64,000 nt of DNA from Bacteroidales bacterium (GTDB lineage Bacteria; Bacteroidota; Bacteroidia; Bacteroidales; UBA10428): contig JBNKCO010000003.1 of NCBI GenBank assembly GCA_050287785.1, positions 31,294-95,293 of the forward strand. Reading direction: 5' to 3'. Below are positions 1 through 10,157 of the stretch, piece by piece. Both the position numbers and the translations under genes were made by a program. Below the pieces are notes generated by a model that was not told where the DNA came from, searched no databases, and saw nothing but the letters and a program-made list of their open reading frames with translations. Within the stretch, counting starts at the first letter, position 1. Every line of letters starts with the position of its first letter.

Positions 1-1
1 T

Positions 2-223
2 TATGGTATTGGGTATTGCCCACTCACTGACTGGCATTGGCAAGTGCTAATGAAGCTTGGGGTTTCCGATTTGCCAAATTCTTATATTACTTATTTGCTT
101 GAAAGAGTATTTCATTTGAGTGTAGAGGAAAGATTAATTGATATTTTTACTGTAGTATTGTTTTTTACCGCATTGGTAGTATCTATAATAGCTAATCTAA
201 AAATGAAAAAGAAGGCCGATTAA
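2..223 (+). CDS. 3' end of a DUF2784-like membrane protein (5' part outside window)
   Basis: Frame 2 is open from the window edge: YGIGYCPLTDWHWQV...LPNSYITYLLER...TM helix...KKKAD, stop TAA 221-223. The CPLTxW motif is typical of DUF2784. Confidence 0.7.
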   Translation, partial: YGIGYCPLTDWHWQVLMKLGVSDLPNSYITYLLERVFHLSVEERLIDIFTVVLFFTALVVSIIANLKMKKKAD

Positions 224-280
224 TCGATTGGTTCAAAATATTAAATTATATATTTCTAATTATCCTTTAAGTCAATAGTT

Positions 281-1369
281 ATGATGTTAAGATTATCCTT
301 TTTACTAAGTTTTATTTTGATCTTGTCTTGTACAAATCAGTCGAATGAAAGTGTTCACACAAAATCAACAAATATAGACCTAACACTTGAGCAGGCGAAT
401 AAATTAGCCATGTTACCAATAAAATGCATTCAAAATGAGTACCCGAATAAACTTGGACAAACACTTTCGGACTCTGTTGACCTGGGAAACCCAAAAGCAT
501 TGCATCCTGCATTTTATGGATGTTTCGATTGGCATTCGGCAGTTCATGGTCATTGGATGTTAGTTAAATTATTAAAAGAGTTCCCAGAGCTAAATGCTAA
601 AGATGAAATTATTAATTTGCTGAACACAAATTTGTCAAAGCAAAATATTGAAAAGGAAGTTGACTATTTTCAAAGATCAACAGAAAAATCGTATGAACGT
701 ACATATGGCTGGGCTTGGTTGTTGAAACTGGCAGAGGAACTCCATACCATGGACACAGAGTATGCCAGAGCTCTTGAAAGTAATCTTAAACCATTGACAG
801 ATCTGATAGTTGACAGATTCATGGATTTTCTCCCACGTTTACACTACCCAATACGTGTTGGGGAACACACAAATACTGCTTTTGGTCTTTCTTTTGCCTG
901 GGATTATGCAAAAACCCTTGGGCAGTCTGAATTTAAGGGATTGATAGAGAAACGAGCTCGAGAGTTTTACATGAATGATATTAATTGTCCACTCACTTGG
1001 GAGCCCAGTGGTTACGATTTCCTTTCTCCTTGTCTGGAGGAAGCTGATTTAATGCGAAGAGTATTGAATAAGGTGGAGTATTCCGAGTGGCTCGTAGATT
1101 TTTTGCCTCAAATTACCTCTACAGATTTTAAGCTTGAACCAGGGATAGTTTCAGACCGGGAAGATGGTAAACTAGTACACCTGGATGGTGTTAATTTTAG
1201 TAGGGCTTGGTGTTTATATGGCATATCTACAACTTCTAAAAACCTCACTCATCTGAGGAGTGTTGCTGATAAACACATTGCATTTTCGCTCGGAAGTATA
1301 ACTGATGGAGCATATGAGGGTGAACACTGGTTAGCTTCATTTGCTATTTATGCTTTGTCTGAAAAATAA
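281..1369 (+). CDS. DUF2891 family lipoprotein
   Basis: Lipobox ILSC; motifs HPAFYGCFDWHSAVHGHW, YERTYGWAW, HLDGVNFSRAW, YEGEHWLASFA. Confidence 0.85.
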   Translation: MMLRLSFLLSFILILSCTNQSNESVHTKSTNIDLTLEQANKLAMLPIKCIQNEYPNKLGQTLSDSVDLGNPKALHPAFYGCFDWHSAVHGHWMLVKLLKEFPELNAKDEIINLLNTNLSKQNIEKEVDYFQRSTEKSYERTYGWAWLLKLAEELHTMDTEYARALESNLKPLTDLIVDRFMDFLPRLHYPIRVGEHTNTAFGLSFAWDYAKTLGQSEFKGLIEKRAREFYMNDINCPLTWEPSGYDFLSPCLEEADLMRRVLNKVEYSEWLVDFLPQITSTDFKLEPGIVSDREDGKLVHLDGVNFSRAWCLYGISTTSKNLTHLRSVADKHIAFSLGSITDGAYEGEHWLASFAIYALSEK

Positions 1370-1469
1370 ATTCAACTTATCCATTCGCTACTTTATAGGA
1401 ATATCTAAATATTAGTAGAGAAACATTTTTATGTATTTTTGTATTCAATAAAACCCTTAGAAAAAAACC

Positions 1470-4400
1470 ATGTTTCGAAAAGTATATGTTAATTCAATGC
1501 TTATTGCATTTCTATTTCTGATTTCTATAAACAGTTTTGCTCAGAATGAATATTTTCAACAAGAAGTAAATTTTAATATCAAAGTTAGGCTTGACGAGAA
1601 TTTACATGAGCTAAAAGCTTTTGAATCTATCGAATACATTAATAATTCCCCTAATTCGCTTGAGTATATATATATTCATTTATGGCCTAATGCATATAAG
1701 AATAATTCAACTGCCTTCGCAAAGCAACTAGTGGAGGATGGTGGTTTGGAGTTTTATTTTGCCTCAGAGAAACACCGTGGATATATTGATTCGTTGGATT
1801 TTAAAATAAATGGGAAGCAGCTGAAATGGGAGTATCATCCCGAACATATTGATATTTGTAAAGTTATTCTAGAAGAACCACTTAAATCTGGCGAAGCTGT
1901 AACAATAACTACTCCATTTAAAGTGAAGATTCCTAGCGATTTTTCCAGATTAGGACATGTTGCGCAATCGTACCAAATTTCACAATGGTATCCGAAACCA
2001 GCAGTATACGACAGAGATGGTTGGCACGAAATGCCCTACCTGGATCAGGGTGAGTTCTACTCAGAATATGGCTCCTTTGATGTTGAAATTACTTTACCGA
2101 GAAACTACGTGGTTGGAGCTACAGGAAACCTTCAAAATCAGGAAGAGATTAATTGGCTAAACAAAAAAGCAAAAGAAACTGCAAAAATTACTAAGTATGA
2201 TCCTGCAGACATGAGTTTTCCGGAATCTTCAAAAGAATTAAAAACCATAAGATATACAGAATCGAATATCCACGATTTTGCATGGTTCACCGATAAACGT
2301 TATCATGTATTAAAAGACTCGGTTTATCTTGAGAAATCAGAGCATTGGGTTACAACATGGTCTATGTTCATGAATAATGACGGAGCCGTATGGAAAGATT
2401 CACCAGAATACATTAAAGATGCTATATCTTATTATTCCAAATGGTATGGCGATTATCCATATAAGAATTGTACAGCAGTTAGAGGAGCATTATCTGCTGG
2501 TGGGGGAATGGAATATCCAACGATAACAGTTATTGGTTCGTTTCCCATGCCACTGTTACTTGAGGAAGTTATAATGCACGAAGTCGGCCATAACTGGTTT
2601 TACGGAATTCTGGGCTTTAATGAACGCGATTATCCCTACCTCGATGAAGGAATTAATTCTTTTAGTGAATTTAGGTACCTGAATACAAAATACAACAGAG
2701 AAAGGTATTTATACGAGATGATGGGACAAAAAAAACTGGCTGAGATAGTGAATGTAGCTGAAGTACCCCTTGAAAAATACTATTTGCTGCTTATGCTAAT
2801 GACTACTCGGTTAAATACGGATCAGCCAATAAATACGCATAGCGAAGACTTTGTTTCTATTAATTATGGAGTAATTGGTTATCATAAATCAGCACTATCA
2901 TATTATTATTTAATGCATTATTTAGGCGAAGAGAAATTTAATGAAATAATGCAGGGGTTTTATACTGATTGGAAATTTAAACATCCTGGTCCAAAAGACT
3001 TACAAGCAGCTTTTGAAGATAACACTAAGAAAGAGTTGGCCTGGTTCTTCGATGAGTTAATTTCAACTACAAAAAAAATTGATTACAGAGTTCTGGCATC
3101 GAAGAAAGGTAAAGTTAAAATTCGTAATATAGGAGAAATCAACTCCCCTGTATCAATTACTGGCTATTCAGGAACAACCAAGAAATATCAATTCATTGAA
3201 AATGGTTTTAGCAAAACTCAATGGATTGATTTGCCTAAAGAAGAAATTGACAAAATAGTAATAAACGACATTGAAATTCCTGAGCTGAATAAAAAAGACA
3301 ATACTATTAAAACATCAGGTCTTGCAAAACGAGCACTTCCTTTAGATATAAAGTTAATTCAATTATTAGAAAAGGAAGATAAAAAACAACTTGGAGTAGT
3401 GCCTACCATGGGTTGGAACTATTACAACAAGTATATGCTTGGGGTGATTTTTTATAATCCCTTGTTACCTGTTCAGAAAGTAGAATATCAATTAGCACCA
3501 TTGTTTGCTTTTGGAAACAATAGTTTATCTGGAACTGGACAAATTACGCTGCATACTTTCCCGGCACCCAAAATATTTGAACGAGTTGATTTTACTATAT
3601 CCGGTATGCGTTTCGGATATGGAACAGAACAAAATCAGAACTTCAATAAGTATTCATTAAGTGCTGAGATGTTTTTCATGAAGAAGAAGGCACGTAGTCC
3701 TTTTTCTCAAAGTCTTATGCTGAATTTTACCGGAGCATCTGATATTTATGATATATTTTATAACCTTGGAGGAGTTACCTCAGATGTAAATTTTACAAAT
3801 TATTTAAATGCAAGGTACCGATTGAAGAACAAAAATGTTTTACAGCCCTATCAGTTTTCCATATCTCTTGAAGGAAGCGATTATTCTGTAAAAACATTCG
3901 GTGAGTTTGACTTTGCTATTAAGAATAGTAGAAAATTGGAATTCTTCAGATTAAGGGCATTTGCCGGGGTATTTCTTGATTCACCAGATGACGGTTTATT
4001 TGATTTTAAGCTTTCTGGTAATTCAGGAATGTCAGATTATCAATACGATCATTTGTATTTAGGAAGATTTGAATCACCCTTTGTACAAGAAAAACAGCAG
4101 TTACTTTCTCAACAGTTTGAACGGAAGGAAGGTGGATTCGCGAGCCTTAACTCTTTGACATCAAAAAAGTGGATGACTTCTGTAAGTGGAGACTTTCGAC
4201 CAACCAGGTTTCCGATTTATCTATATCTGAATTTAGCTCTTTATGGAGATCCGGAAGGATTTAGATTTTTAGCAGAATCGCGTAAGCCAGATATGTTTGC
4301 TTATGAAACAGGTTTGTATTTTGAGATTACAAAAGCTTTCCAGGTATATTTCCCAATAACTTATTCAAAGGATATTAAAGATAATGTGGATTTTTACACA

Positions 4401-4481
4401 GATAATTATTGGCAACAAATAAGGTTTAAGATTTCATTCAAAAGTTTGAATCCACTTAAATTAAGAGATTCGATGTTTTAA
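1470..4481 (+). CDS. Secreted M1 family zinc aminopeptidase with long C-terminal beta-rich (probable outer-membrane barrel) region
   Basis: Signal peptide; GGMEYP exopeptidase motif; HEVGH-x18-E zinc motif; C-terminal ~370 aa of amphipathic strands ending in Phe. Confidence 0.85.
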   Translation: MFRKVYVNSMLIAFLFLISINSFAQNEYFQQEVNFNIKVRLDENLHELKAFESIEYINNSPNSLEYIYIHLWPNAYKNNSTAFAKQLVEDGGLEFYFASEKHRGYIDSLDFKINGKQLKWEYHPEHIDICKVILEEPLKSGEAVTITTPFKVKIPSDFSRLGHVAQSYQISQWYPKPAVYDRDGWHEMPYLDQGEFYSEYGSFDVEITLPRNYVVGATGNLQNQEEINWLNKKAKETAKITKYDPADMSFPESSKELKTIRYTESNIHDFAWFTDKRYHVLKDSVYLEKSEHWVTTWSMFMNNDGAVWKDSPEYIKDAISYYSKWYGDYPYKNCTAVRGALSAGGGMEYPTITVIGSFPMPLLLEEVIMHEVGHNWFYGILGFNERDYPYLDEGINSFSEFRYLNTKYNRERYLYEMMGQKKLAEIVNVAEVPLEKYYLLLMLMTTRLNTDQPINTHSEDFVSINYGVIGYHKSALSYYYLMHYLGEEKFNEIMQGFYTDWKFKHPGPKDLQAAFEDNTKKELAWFFDELISTTKKIDYRVLASKKGKVKIRNIGEINSPVSITGYSGTTKKYQFIENGFSKTQWIDLPKEEIDKIVINDIEIPELNKKDNTIKTSGLAKRALPLDIKLIQLLEKEDKKQLGVVPTMGWNYYNKYMLGVIFYNPLLPVQKVEYQLAPLFAFGNNSLSGTGQITLHTFPAPKIFERVDFTISGMRFGYGTEQNQNFNKYSLSAEMFFMKKKARSPFSQSLMLNFTGASDIYDIFYNLGGVTSDVNFTNYLNARYRLKNKNVLQPYQFSISLEGSDYSVKTFGEFDFAIKNSRKLEFFRLRAFAGVFLDSPDDGLFDFKLSGNSGMSDYQYDHLYLGRFESPFVQEKQQLLSQQFERKEGGFASLNSLTSKKWMTSVSGDFRPTRFPIYLYLNLALYGDPEGFRFLAESRKPDMFAYETGLYFEITKAFQVYFPITYSKDIKDNVDFYTDNYWQQIRFKISFKSLNPLKLRDSMF

Positions 4482-4662
4482 TGACAAAGTTGGACAAGTG
4501 TCGGTACTCTAAACTATAGTCTTGTTTTTATATAGATGCTTGGCCATTAAACATTTGAATGATTTGTTCCTTAAGTGCTCTCCAGGATATTCTTCCCGAA
4601 GAGCAACAGTAGGATTGAATTTTCATAATATTTTCGTTTTATTCATACTATTTAAAAACTGT

Positions 4663-4779
4663 TTATTCTTTTACAATTTTGAATTTATAACTTTTGTTAT
4701 GGGTAGTTATATTTACAATATCTCCTTTTTCAATTAATATTATTAATACCCTTGTAGCTCTCTGGTTTTCTTTCGTCAA
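4663..4779 (-). pseudogene. Possible relic of a T9SS C-terminal sorting domain gene
   Basis: Minus strand reads ...LIEKGDIVNITTHNKSYKFKIVKE*, resembling the end of a type A CTD; no intact upstream ORF. Confidence 0.3.
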
Positions 4780-5066
4780 GTTATTTATTTATATTAAAAT
4801 GAATAATGCGGATTTAATAAAGACTTGAGGCATCCAAAAAATAGAATAGTAATGAATTTAGGAGGAGTCTTTAAGCGAGCCAAATGGTGGGGAATTTGAT
4901 ATGAGTATCGGGCTTACTGTGAATTTTTAGTTTTACCAAGTATAGCTAGTTCAATTGAGATTTTACGTTGCAACTCATAAATTGCATTATCTAATATGAA
5001 AAATGAATTAGCGAAAAACGTTGCAGGACTAAATGATTTGAGAATAGTGCTGATAGTTTTTAAAAT

Positions 5067-6782
5067 TTACCCATCAACCTTAATATCCTTAATATTTAAC
5101 TGAAGAGTTGTTTGTCCGCGGAAATGATTCTCGGTAAGGGAGTAAGCAATATCAAATGCTCTGCCGTTTACAATTTTATCGTGCTTTTTCCCTTGTCCGA
5201 ACGCTATTGCATTAATATTTTTAAAAGGGTCGTTTTCCTGAAGAAGTGAAAGTTTCAAGTGCTCGCCATCACCTCCCACACATCTGCCTGTTCCATTGTC
5301 AACTACATTTTCTGCGAAAAATACAGGATTCATATTTCCAGGGCCAAAAGGTGCGAATTGTTTAAGTATTCTGTAGAATTTATCGTTTACGTCATTGAAG
5401 TTCAGTTCGGTATCAATTTCTACTTGTGGGATAAGTTGGTCCTGTGTTATTCTATCTGAAACAACCTGTTCAAATCTTTCTTTAAATTTTTGTACATTCT
5501 CAGGTTTCATTGAAAGACCTGCAGCATACATATGTCCCCCGAAGCTTTCCAGCAAATCACTACATTCATTAATTGCTTCATACAAATCAAAACCATTTAC
5601 GCTTCGTGCCGAACCTGTTGCAAATCCATTCGATTCTGTTAAAACTACTGTCGGACGATAATATACCTCAATTAATCTGGAAGCAACAATACCCACTACA
5701 CCTTTATGCCATTTTGGATTATATAGAACAGTTGATTTCTGATGTTGATGACTAGTCTGGCTAATCTCGTTAATAGCTTCTTCAGTAATTTCTTTGTCGA
5801 TATTACGCCTTGTTTGGTTATGGACATTCAACCGGTCGCATAATAAGCGGGCTTCTTTTATCGAGCCGGATATTAATAGGTCAACCGCTTGTTTGCCCGA
5901 ATCCATTCTGCCAGCAGCATTAATTCTGGGGCCGATTTTAAAAACCACATCTTCAATAGAAATAGGCTTGTCCTCTATTCCTGATTTTTCTTTTATTGTT
6001 TTTAAACCTATAATTGGGTCTTCCTGAAGTTTCTTTAGTCCAAAGTGGGCGAGTATTCTATTTTCGCCGGTTATAGGAACAATATCTGAAGCTATACTAA
6101 CAGCTACTAAATCGATATAAGTGTAAAGTTTATCGAAAGAAATGTTTTTGCGAATAGAATAGGCATGCATAAATTTAAATCCAACACCACAGCCTGAAAG
6201 TTCTTTGTACGGATAGGGGCAATCTGAACGTTTGGGGTCGAGTACAGCCACAGCTTTGGGAAGTTTATCGCCAGGTGTATGATGGTCGCATACTATAAAG
6301 TCTATACCTTTAGAGTTTGCGTAATTGATTTTATCAATAGCCTTAATTCCACAATCGAGCGCAATTATTAGCTTAACACCCATTTGAGAAGCGTAGTCTA
6401 TTCCTTTTATAGAAATGCCATAGCCTTCAGAATACCTATCTGGAATATAATAATCGACATTTTCGTAAATATTACGAATATATGAGTAGACAAGCGATAC
6501 AGAGGTAGTGCCATCAACATCGTAATCGCCGTATATTAAAATAGGTTCATTATTATTTATTGCGTTTTCAAGCCTATCAACTGCATCTTCCATATCTTTC
6601 ATCAAATATGGGTCATGCATATCCTCAATTTTTGGTCTAAAAAAAGCTTTCGCTTCATCAAAGGTGGTGATGTTGCGTTGAATAAGCATGTTTGAGAGAA
6701 CGTGATTAATATTTAACTCTTTGGCCAATTTTTCAACATGCTCACGGGGTCCGCTTTCTTTAATTTTCCAATGTTTCTCCAT
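5067..6782 (-). CDS. recJ: Single-stranded-DNA-specific exonuclease RecJ
   Basis: GDYDVDG, DCG, DHH, PRINAAGRM, GSARS, GGHMYAAG motifs. Confidence 0.97.
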   Translation of the reverse strand: MEKHWKIKESGPREHVEKLAKELNINHVLSNMLIQRNITTFDEAKAFFRPKIEDMHDPYLMKDMEDAVDRLENAINNNEPILIYGDYDVDGTTSVSLVYSYIRNIYENVDYYIPDRYSEGYGISIKGIDYASQMGVKLIIALDCGIKAIDKINYANSKGIDFIVCDHHTPGDKLPKAVAVLDPKRSDCPYPYKELSGCGVGFKFMHAYSIRKNISFDKLYTYIDLVAVSIASDIVPITGENRILAHFGLKKLQEDPIIGLKTIKEKSGIEDKPISIEDVVFKIGPRINAAGRMDSGKQAVDLLISGSIKEARLLCDRLNVHNQTRRNIDKEITEEAINEISQTSHQHQKSTVLYNPKWHKGVVGIVASRLIEVYYRPTVVLTESNGFATGSARSVNGFDLYEAINECSDLLESFGGHMYAAGLSMKPENVQKFKERFEQVVSDRITQDQLIPQVEIDTELNFNDVNDKFYRILKQFAPFGPGNMNPVFFAENVVDNGTGRCVGGDGEHLKLSLLQENDPFKNINAIAFGQGKKHDKIVNGRAFDIAYSLTENHFRGQTTLQLNIKDIKVDG

Positions 6783-6864
6783 TAAAATGCTGTTGCGACG
6801 TTAAGCCACAGTATATGAGGCGGATATGACTATCTGCTTTGAGTTTACAAATCTTTTACAAGCA

Positions 6865-6872
6865 CAAAAGTA
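6865..6872 (-). promoter_or_regulatory. Bacteroidota -7 promoter element for recJ
   Basis: Minus strand TACTTTTG matches TAnnTTTG, about 80 bp upstream of the ATG. Confidence 0.5.
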
Positions 6873-6941
6873 TATAAAATAAACTCAACACAAATAGTTT
6901 TATGCGAGTACATACAAAGAAAGTTAATTTAGGATACTTGT

Positions 6942-7616
6942 TTACAGATCCAAAATAAATATTTCTTTTAACCTATCCTTCAATTTTGACTTAACTTCTT
7001 CAGGATCTAATTTTTTGTTTAGTTCCTTTTCCATAGAAGTTACTCCCTTGTCAATAAAGCCGCAAGGATTAATATGTGAAAAATAGTTTAGGTCAGTATT
7101 TACGTTTAGAGCGAAACCATGCATTGTTACTGCTTTACTTACACGCACACCAATAGCACAAATTTTTCGGACCTTTGGCGTGCCAACATCTAGCCAAACA
7201 CCTGTGGCATCCTTCAATTGGGTAGATGCTATATTGTAATTGGCAAGGGTGTCGATAATGGCCTGTTCCATTTTGCCTATGTATTCTCTTACACCCATAT
7301 TTAGAGCAACTAAATCGAATATTGGATATCCAACAATTTGTCCGGGACCATGATAAGTTATATCTCCTCCACGATTACTTTTATAGTAGGTAGCATTAAT
7401 CTTCTTTAAAAATTCATCATTTATTAAAAGATTGTTTTGCTGTCCACTTTTTCCCAAAGTATAAACATGAGGGTGTTCAACGAGTATTAGTTTGCCTGGA
7501 ACTTGCTTTGAGTTTTTTTTTCCTTCTACAATCTCGGCATGATATTTTTCTTGGATTTCCCAAGCATTTTTGTACTCTTCAGTACCGAGATCTATATATT
7601 TTGCTGAATATGCCAT
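6942..7616 (-). CDS. lipB: Lipoyl(octanoyl) transferase
   Basis: EHPHVYTLG, RGGDITYHGPGQ, KICAIG, HGFALN, INPCG. Confidence 0.96.
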   Translation of the reverse strand: MAYSAKYIDLGTEEYKNAWEIQEKYHAEIVEGKKNSKQVPGKLILVEHPHVYTLGKSGQQNNLLINDEFLKKINATYYKSNRGGDITYHGPGQIVGYPIFDLVALNMGVREYIGKMEQAIIDTLANYNIASTQLKDATGVWLDVGTPKVRKICAIGVRVSKAVTMHGFALNVNTDLNYFSHINPCGFIDKGVTSMEKELNKKLDPEEVKSKLKDRLKEIFILDL

Positions 7617-7648
7617 CTTACAAAACTGAGTGTGTTGAAAATATATTT

Positions 7649-8512
7649 TTAGGCATTAACATGGCGTTCGGCATGGTATGAAGAGCGCACTTGTGGTCCA
7701 CTTTCAACATAACTGAAACCCATTTTCAAACCTTCTTCTTCAAATCGTTTAAAAACATCAGGATGAATGTATTCCTTAACCGGGAAATGTTCTTTTGATG
7801 GACGAAGGTATTGACCTAATGTAAAAACCTTCACACCAACATTTCTTGCATCCTGCATAGTTTTTAAAGTTTCTTCCTCTGTTTCACCAAGGCCGAGCAT
7901 TATTCCAGATTTAGCAATTAGACCAGATTCTGCAACATATTTCAGGAGTTCAAGGCTATTTTCGTACCTAGCCATTGAGCGGACATCCGGAGATAAACGT
8001 TCAACTGTTTCGAGGTTATGAGAAATAACTTCCGGTTTTTCGCTGATTACAGTATCTAAGGCAGAATTACCCCTTCTGAAATCAGGAATTAAAACTTCCA
8101 TTGTTGTTTTCGGATTTAGCTCTTTTACTTTACGAATGCATTCTGCCCAAAATCCGGCTCCTCCATCATGAAGTTCGTCTCTTGCTACAGAAGTAATAAC
8201 GGCGTGTTTTAAACTTAACGACTTAATTGTTTCTGCCAGTCTAAGAGGTTCGCCATAATCAATTGGTTCGGGTTTTAAAGTATGCACCTGGCAGAATTTG
8301 CAATTACGTGTACATTTTTCACCCAAAATCATGAAAGTGGCAGTGCCAGCACTCCAACATTCACCTTTGTTTGGGCAATTTCCACTAACACAGATTGTAT
8401 GTAGTTTTTGTTGTCCGACAAGGTTTTTAACTCTTGAATATTCTTTACCTTTCGGAAGTGGAACTTTCATCCATCTGGGTAACCTAGGAATTATATCTTC
8501 TTTCTTGTGCAT
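7649..8512 (-). CDS. lipA: Lipoyl synthase (radical SAM); start moved to ATG at 8512
   Basis: CX4CX5C (CVSGNCPNKGEC), CX3CX2C (CTRNCKFC), C-terminal RSSY; TAnnTTTG element at 8531-8538 supports the shorter start. Confidence 0.96.
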   Translation of the reverse strand: MHKKEDIIPRLPRWMKVPLPKGKEYSRVKNLVGQQKLHTICVSGNCPNKGECWSAGTATFMILGEKCTRNCKFCQVHTLKPEPIDYGEPLRLAETIKSLSLKHAVITSVARDELHDGGAGFWAECIRKVKELNPKTTMEVLIPDFRRGNSALDTVISEKPEVISHNLETVERLSPDVRSMARYENSLELLKYVAESGLIAKSGIMLGLGETEEETLKTMQDARNVGVKVFTLGQYLRPSKEHFPVKEYIHPDVFKRFEEEGLKMGFSYVESGPQVRSSYHAERHVNA

Positions 8513-8580
8513 AAGATCTTTACTTTGGTGCAAAAATAGATTTTCCTTACAAACCAAAAAATGATAAAAATGTTCTTCTC

Positions 8581-8620
8581 TAAAAATAGAATCCGAACAA
8601 GAGCTAGTTTGTTCGGATTC
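8581..8620 (-). terminator. Intrinsic terminator downstream of the LVIVD lipoprotein gene
   Basis: Perfect 12-bp inverted repeat GAATCCGAACAA/TTGTTCGGATTC followed by a T-tract on the minus strand. Confidence 0.7.
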
Positions 8621-8695
8621 CAGGAACCACTTTAATAGAATATATATTGAGCCCAAATTAACTGTCAGAGCTATTGTCTGACAAGATAAATGGGA

Positions 8696-9967
8696 TTATT
8701 TGCCATAAATTGGAATATGACTTAGTTGAGTAATATTCTTTAAATCAGAATAATCATATTGGTATAAACCATCAATGCCAATCATAATAAGTACATTGCC
8801 AAGTGGTATTACATCAAAAGCATTAACATCTGGATAGACTGCAATTTGATTGTCGCCAATAGTTAGTTTGTCTGTTGCATCATAAACTTTTAGTCCGGCA
8901 TCTCCATCGCATACAAAGAGTATATCGTTATCAATTCCTAAGCCATAAGGTTCGCTCATCGAATAAGCTTTTACAAATTTGGGTTCTTCTATTACAGATA
9001 TATCAATAACATCGAGCTGACTTTCGATTGCACCGCAAAGATTCCCTCCGCGCAAGGTAACATAAGCATAATTGCCTTCTACAACCACTGGGTCACATGA
9101 ACTTGCATGTCTGAATTCCGAAATAAACTCTGGGTTAGCCGGACTTATTATACTAAAAACATACATGCCAGTCTGACTTCCGATAAATAGTTTGTTTTCA
9201 TAAGGGAATATTGTTTCGATGTTCCAGCCAATAGGAATCGCTTTTTGGTAAATGGGATTTGAAGTATTTGAAATATCGAAGAGTTTCAATGATGAATTGT
9301 CAACTGTATACAGGTAGTTACCATTTAAGGTGAATCTGGCCATACTTCCACCAACTCCAACATTACCTCCATTGTTTTTTGGAGCACCTATTGCATCATT
9401 ATAGACCATATCAACTTCCCATGTAGGAAATCTATTGTAATCGTAATTATTGGCAGTTACTCTTTCTGTAACTTCTCGTAATTCATAACCGATTATAACA
9501 CCTTGTGATTGGTCGATATTATCAATAATACCGTCTTCATATTCAGGAATAATATAAGGGAATACATTGGTATCCCGATCCACTTCTTTAATATCGTTGA
9601 TATCGCTGATATCAATTGTTAGTAAGTCGATATAACTGTCTGCGAAAAGCATATTGCCTTTAATTGCCATATCAACATTTCCTGGAATTTCAATAAACTT
9701 TGCAACCTGTGGATTAGATGGGTCTGTGTTATCAACAACATGTATTCCCTTTTGGTACTCGTTTACAAAAATATAGCTATCTTTAAAATATATTTTACCA
9801 GATTGAATTATTTCTTTTCCATCAGAGACCTTAAATGAAGTTCTTAAGTTATCATAGGTCATGTAGATTGGAGTATTTACAGTGTAGGTTTCTTCCACCT
9901 TATCTTGGCACGACATTATTAGTAATAAGCCGGGTAGCGTAAATAATAGTTTTTTTAAGTTACTCAT
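8696..9967 (-). CDS. LVIVD-repeat (beta-propeller) lipoprotein
   Basis: Lipobox IMSC; repeats GIHVVDNTDPSNP, LKLFDISNTSNP, LDVIDIS; conserved GGSMARF and SCDPVVV motifs. Confidence 0.85.
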   Translation of the reverse strand: MSNLKKLLFTLPGLLLIMSCQDKVEETYTVNTPIYMTYDNLRTSFKVSDGKEIIQSGKIYFKDSYIFVNEYQKGIHVVDNTDPSNPQVAKFIEIPGNVDMAIKGNMLFADSYIDLLTIDISDINDIKEVDRDTNVFPYIIPEYEDGIIDNIDQSQGVIIGYELREVTERVTANNYDYNRFPTWEVDMVYNDAIGAPKNNGGNVGVGGSMARFTLNGNYLYTVDNSSLKLFDISNTSNPIYQKAIPIGWNIETIFPYENKLFIGSQTGMYVFSIISPANPEFISEFRHASSCDPVVVEGNYAYVTLRGGNLCGAIESQLDVIDISVIEEPKFVKAYSMSEPYGLGIDNDILFVCDGDAGLKVYDATDKLTIGDNQIAVYPDVNAFDVIPLGNVLIMIGIDGLYQYDYSDLKNITQLSHIPIYGK

Positions 9968-10051
9968 AATATTTCAGTTACTAGGTTAGTTTGATATGAG
10001 ATAAACCAATATTGGGCACTAATTTATGTGTAAAATTAATCTCAAACCAAA

Positions 10052-10079
10052 GATGCTTTGGCAGTAGAAAAAGTTGCGT
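10052..10079 (-). promoter_or_regulatory. Putative ECF-sigma promoter for the LVIVD gene
   Basis: Minus strand ACGCAAC-N17-CATC. Confidence 0.55.
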
Positions 10080-10100
10080 TGAGCAGCAAGATTTATTCTT

Positions 10101-10128
10101 ACGCAACCATTTAGTTTATAAACACATC
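10101..10128 (+). promoter_or_regulatory. Putative ECF-sigma promoter for the 10158 gene
   Basis: Plus strand ACGCAAC-N17-CATC, same motif and spacing as the divergent copy. Confidence 0.55.
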
Positions 10129-10157
10129 CATTTACAATTAATATAAAAAATGTTTAC

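Noticed and set aside
4522-4737. Short plus-strand ORF (71 aa), and likewise 39681-39869
   Set aside because: Non-ATG starts, low-complexity AT-rich translations and no recognisable motifs.
8513-8656. N-terminal extension of LipA in the ORF track (similar extensions on porQ, cmk, XRE, AKR and DMT)
   Set aside because: The LipA extension runs across a promoter element and a terminator; in each case a downstream ATG matches the family start better.
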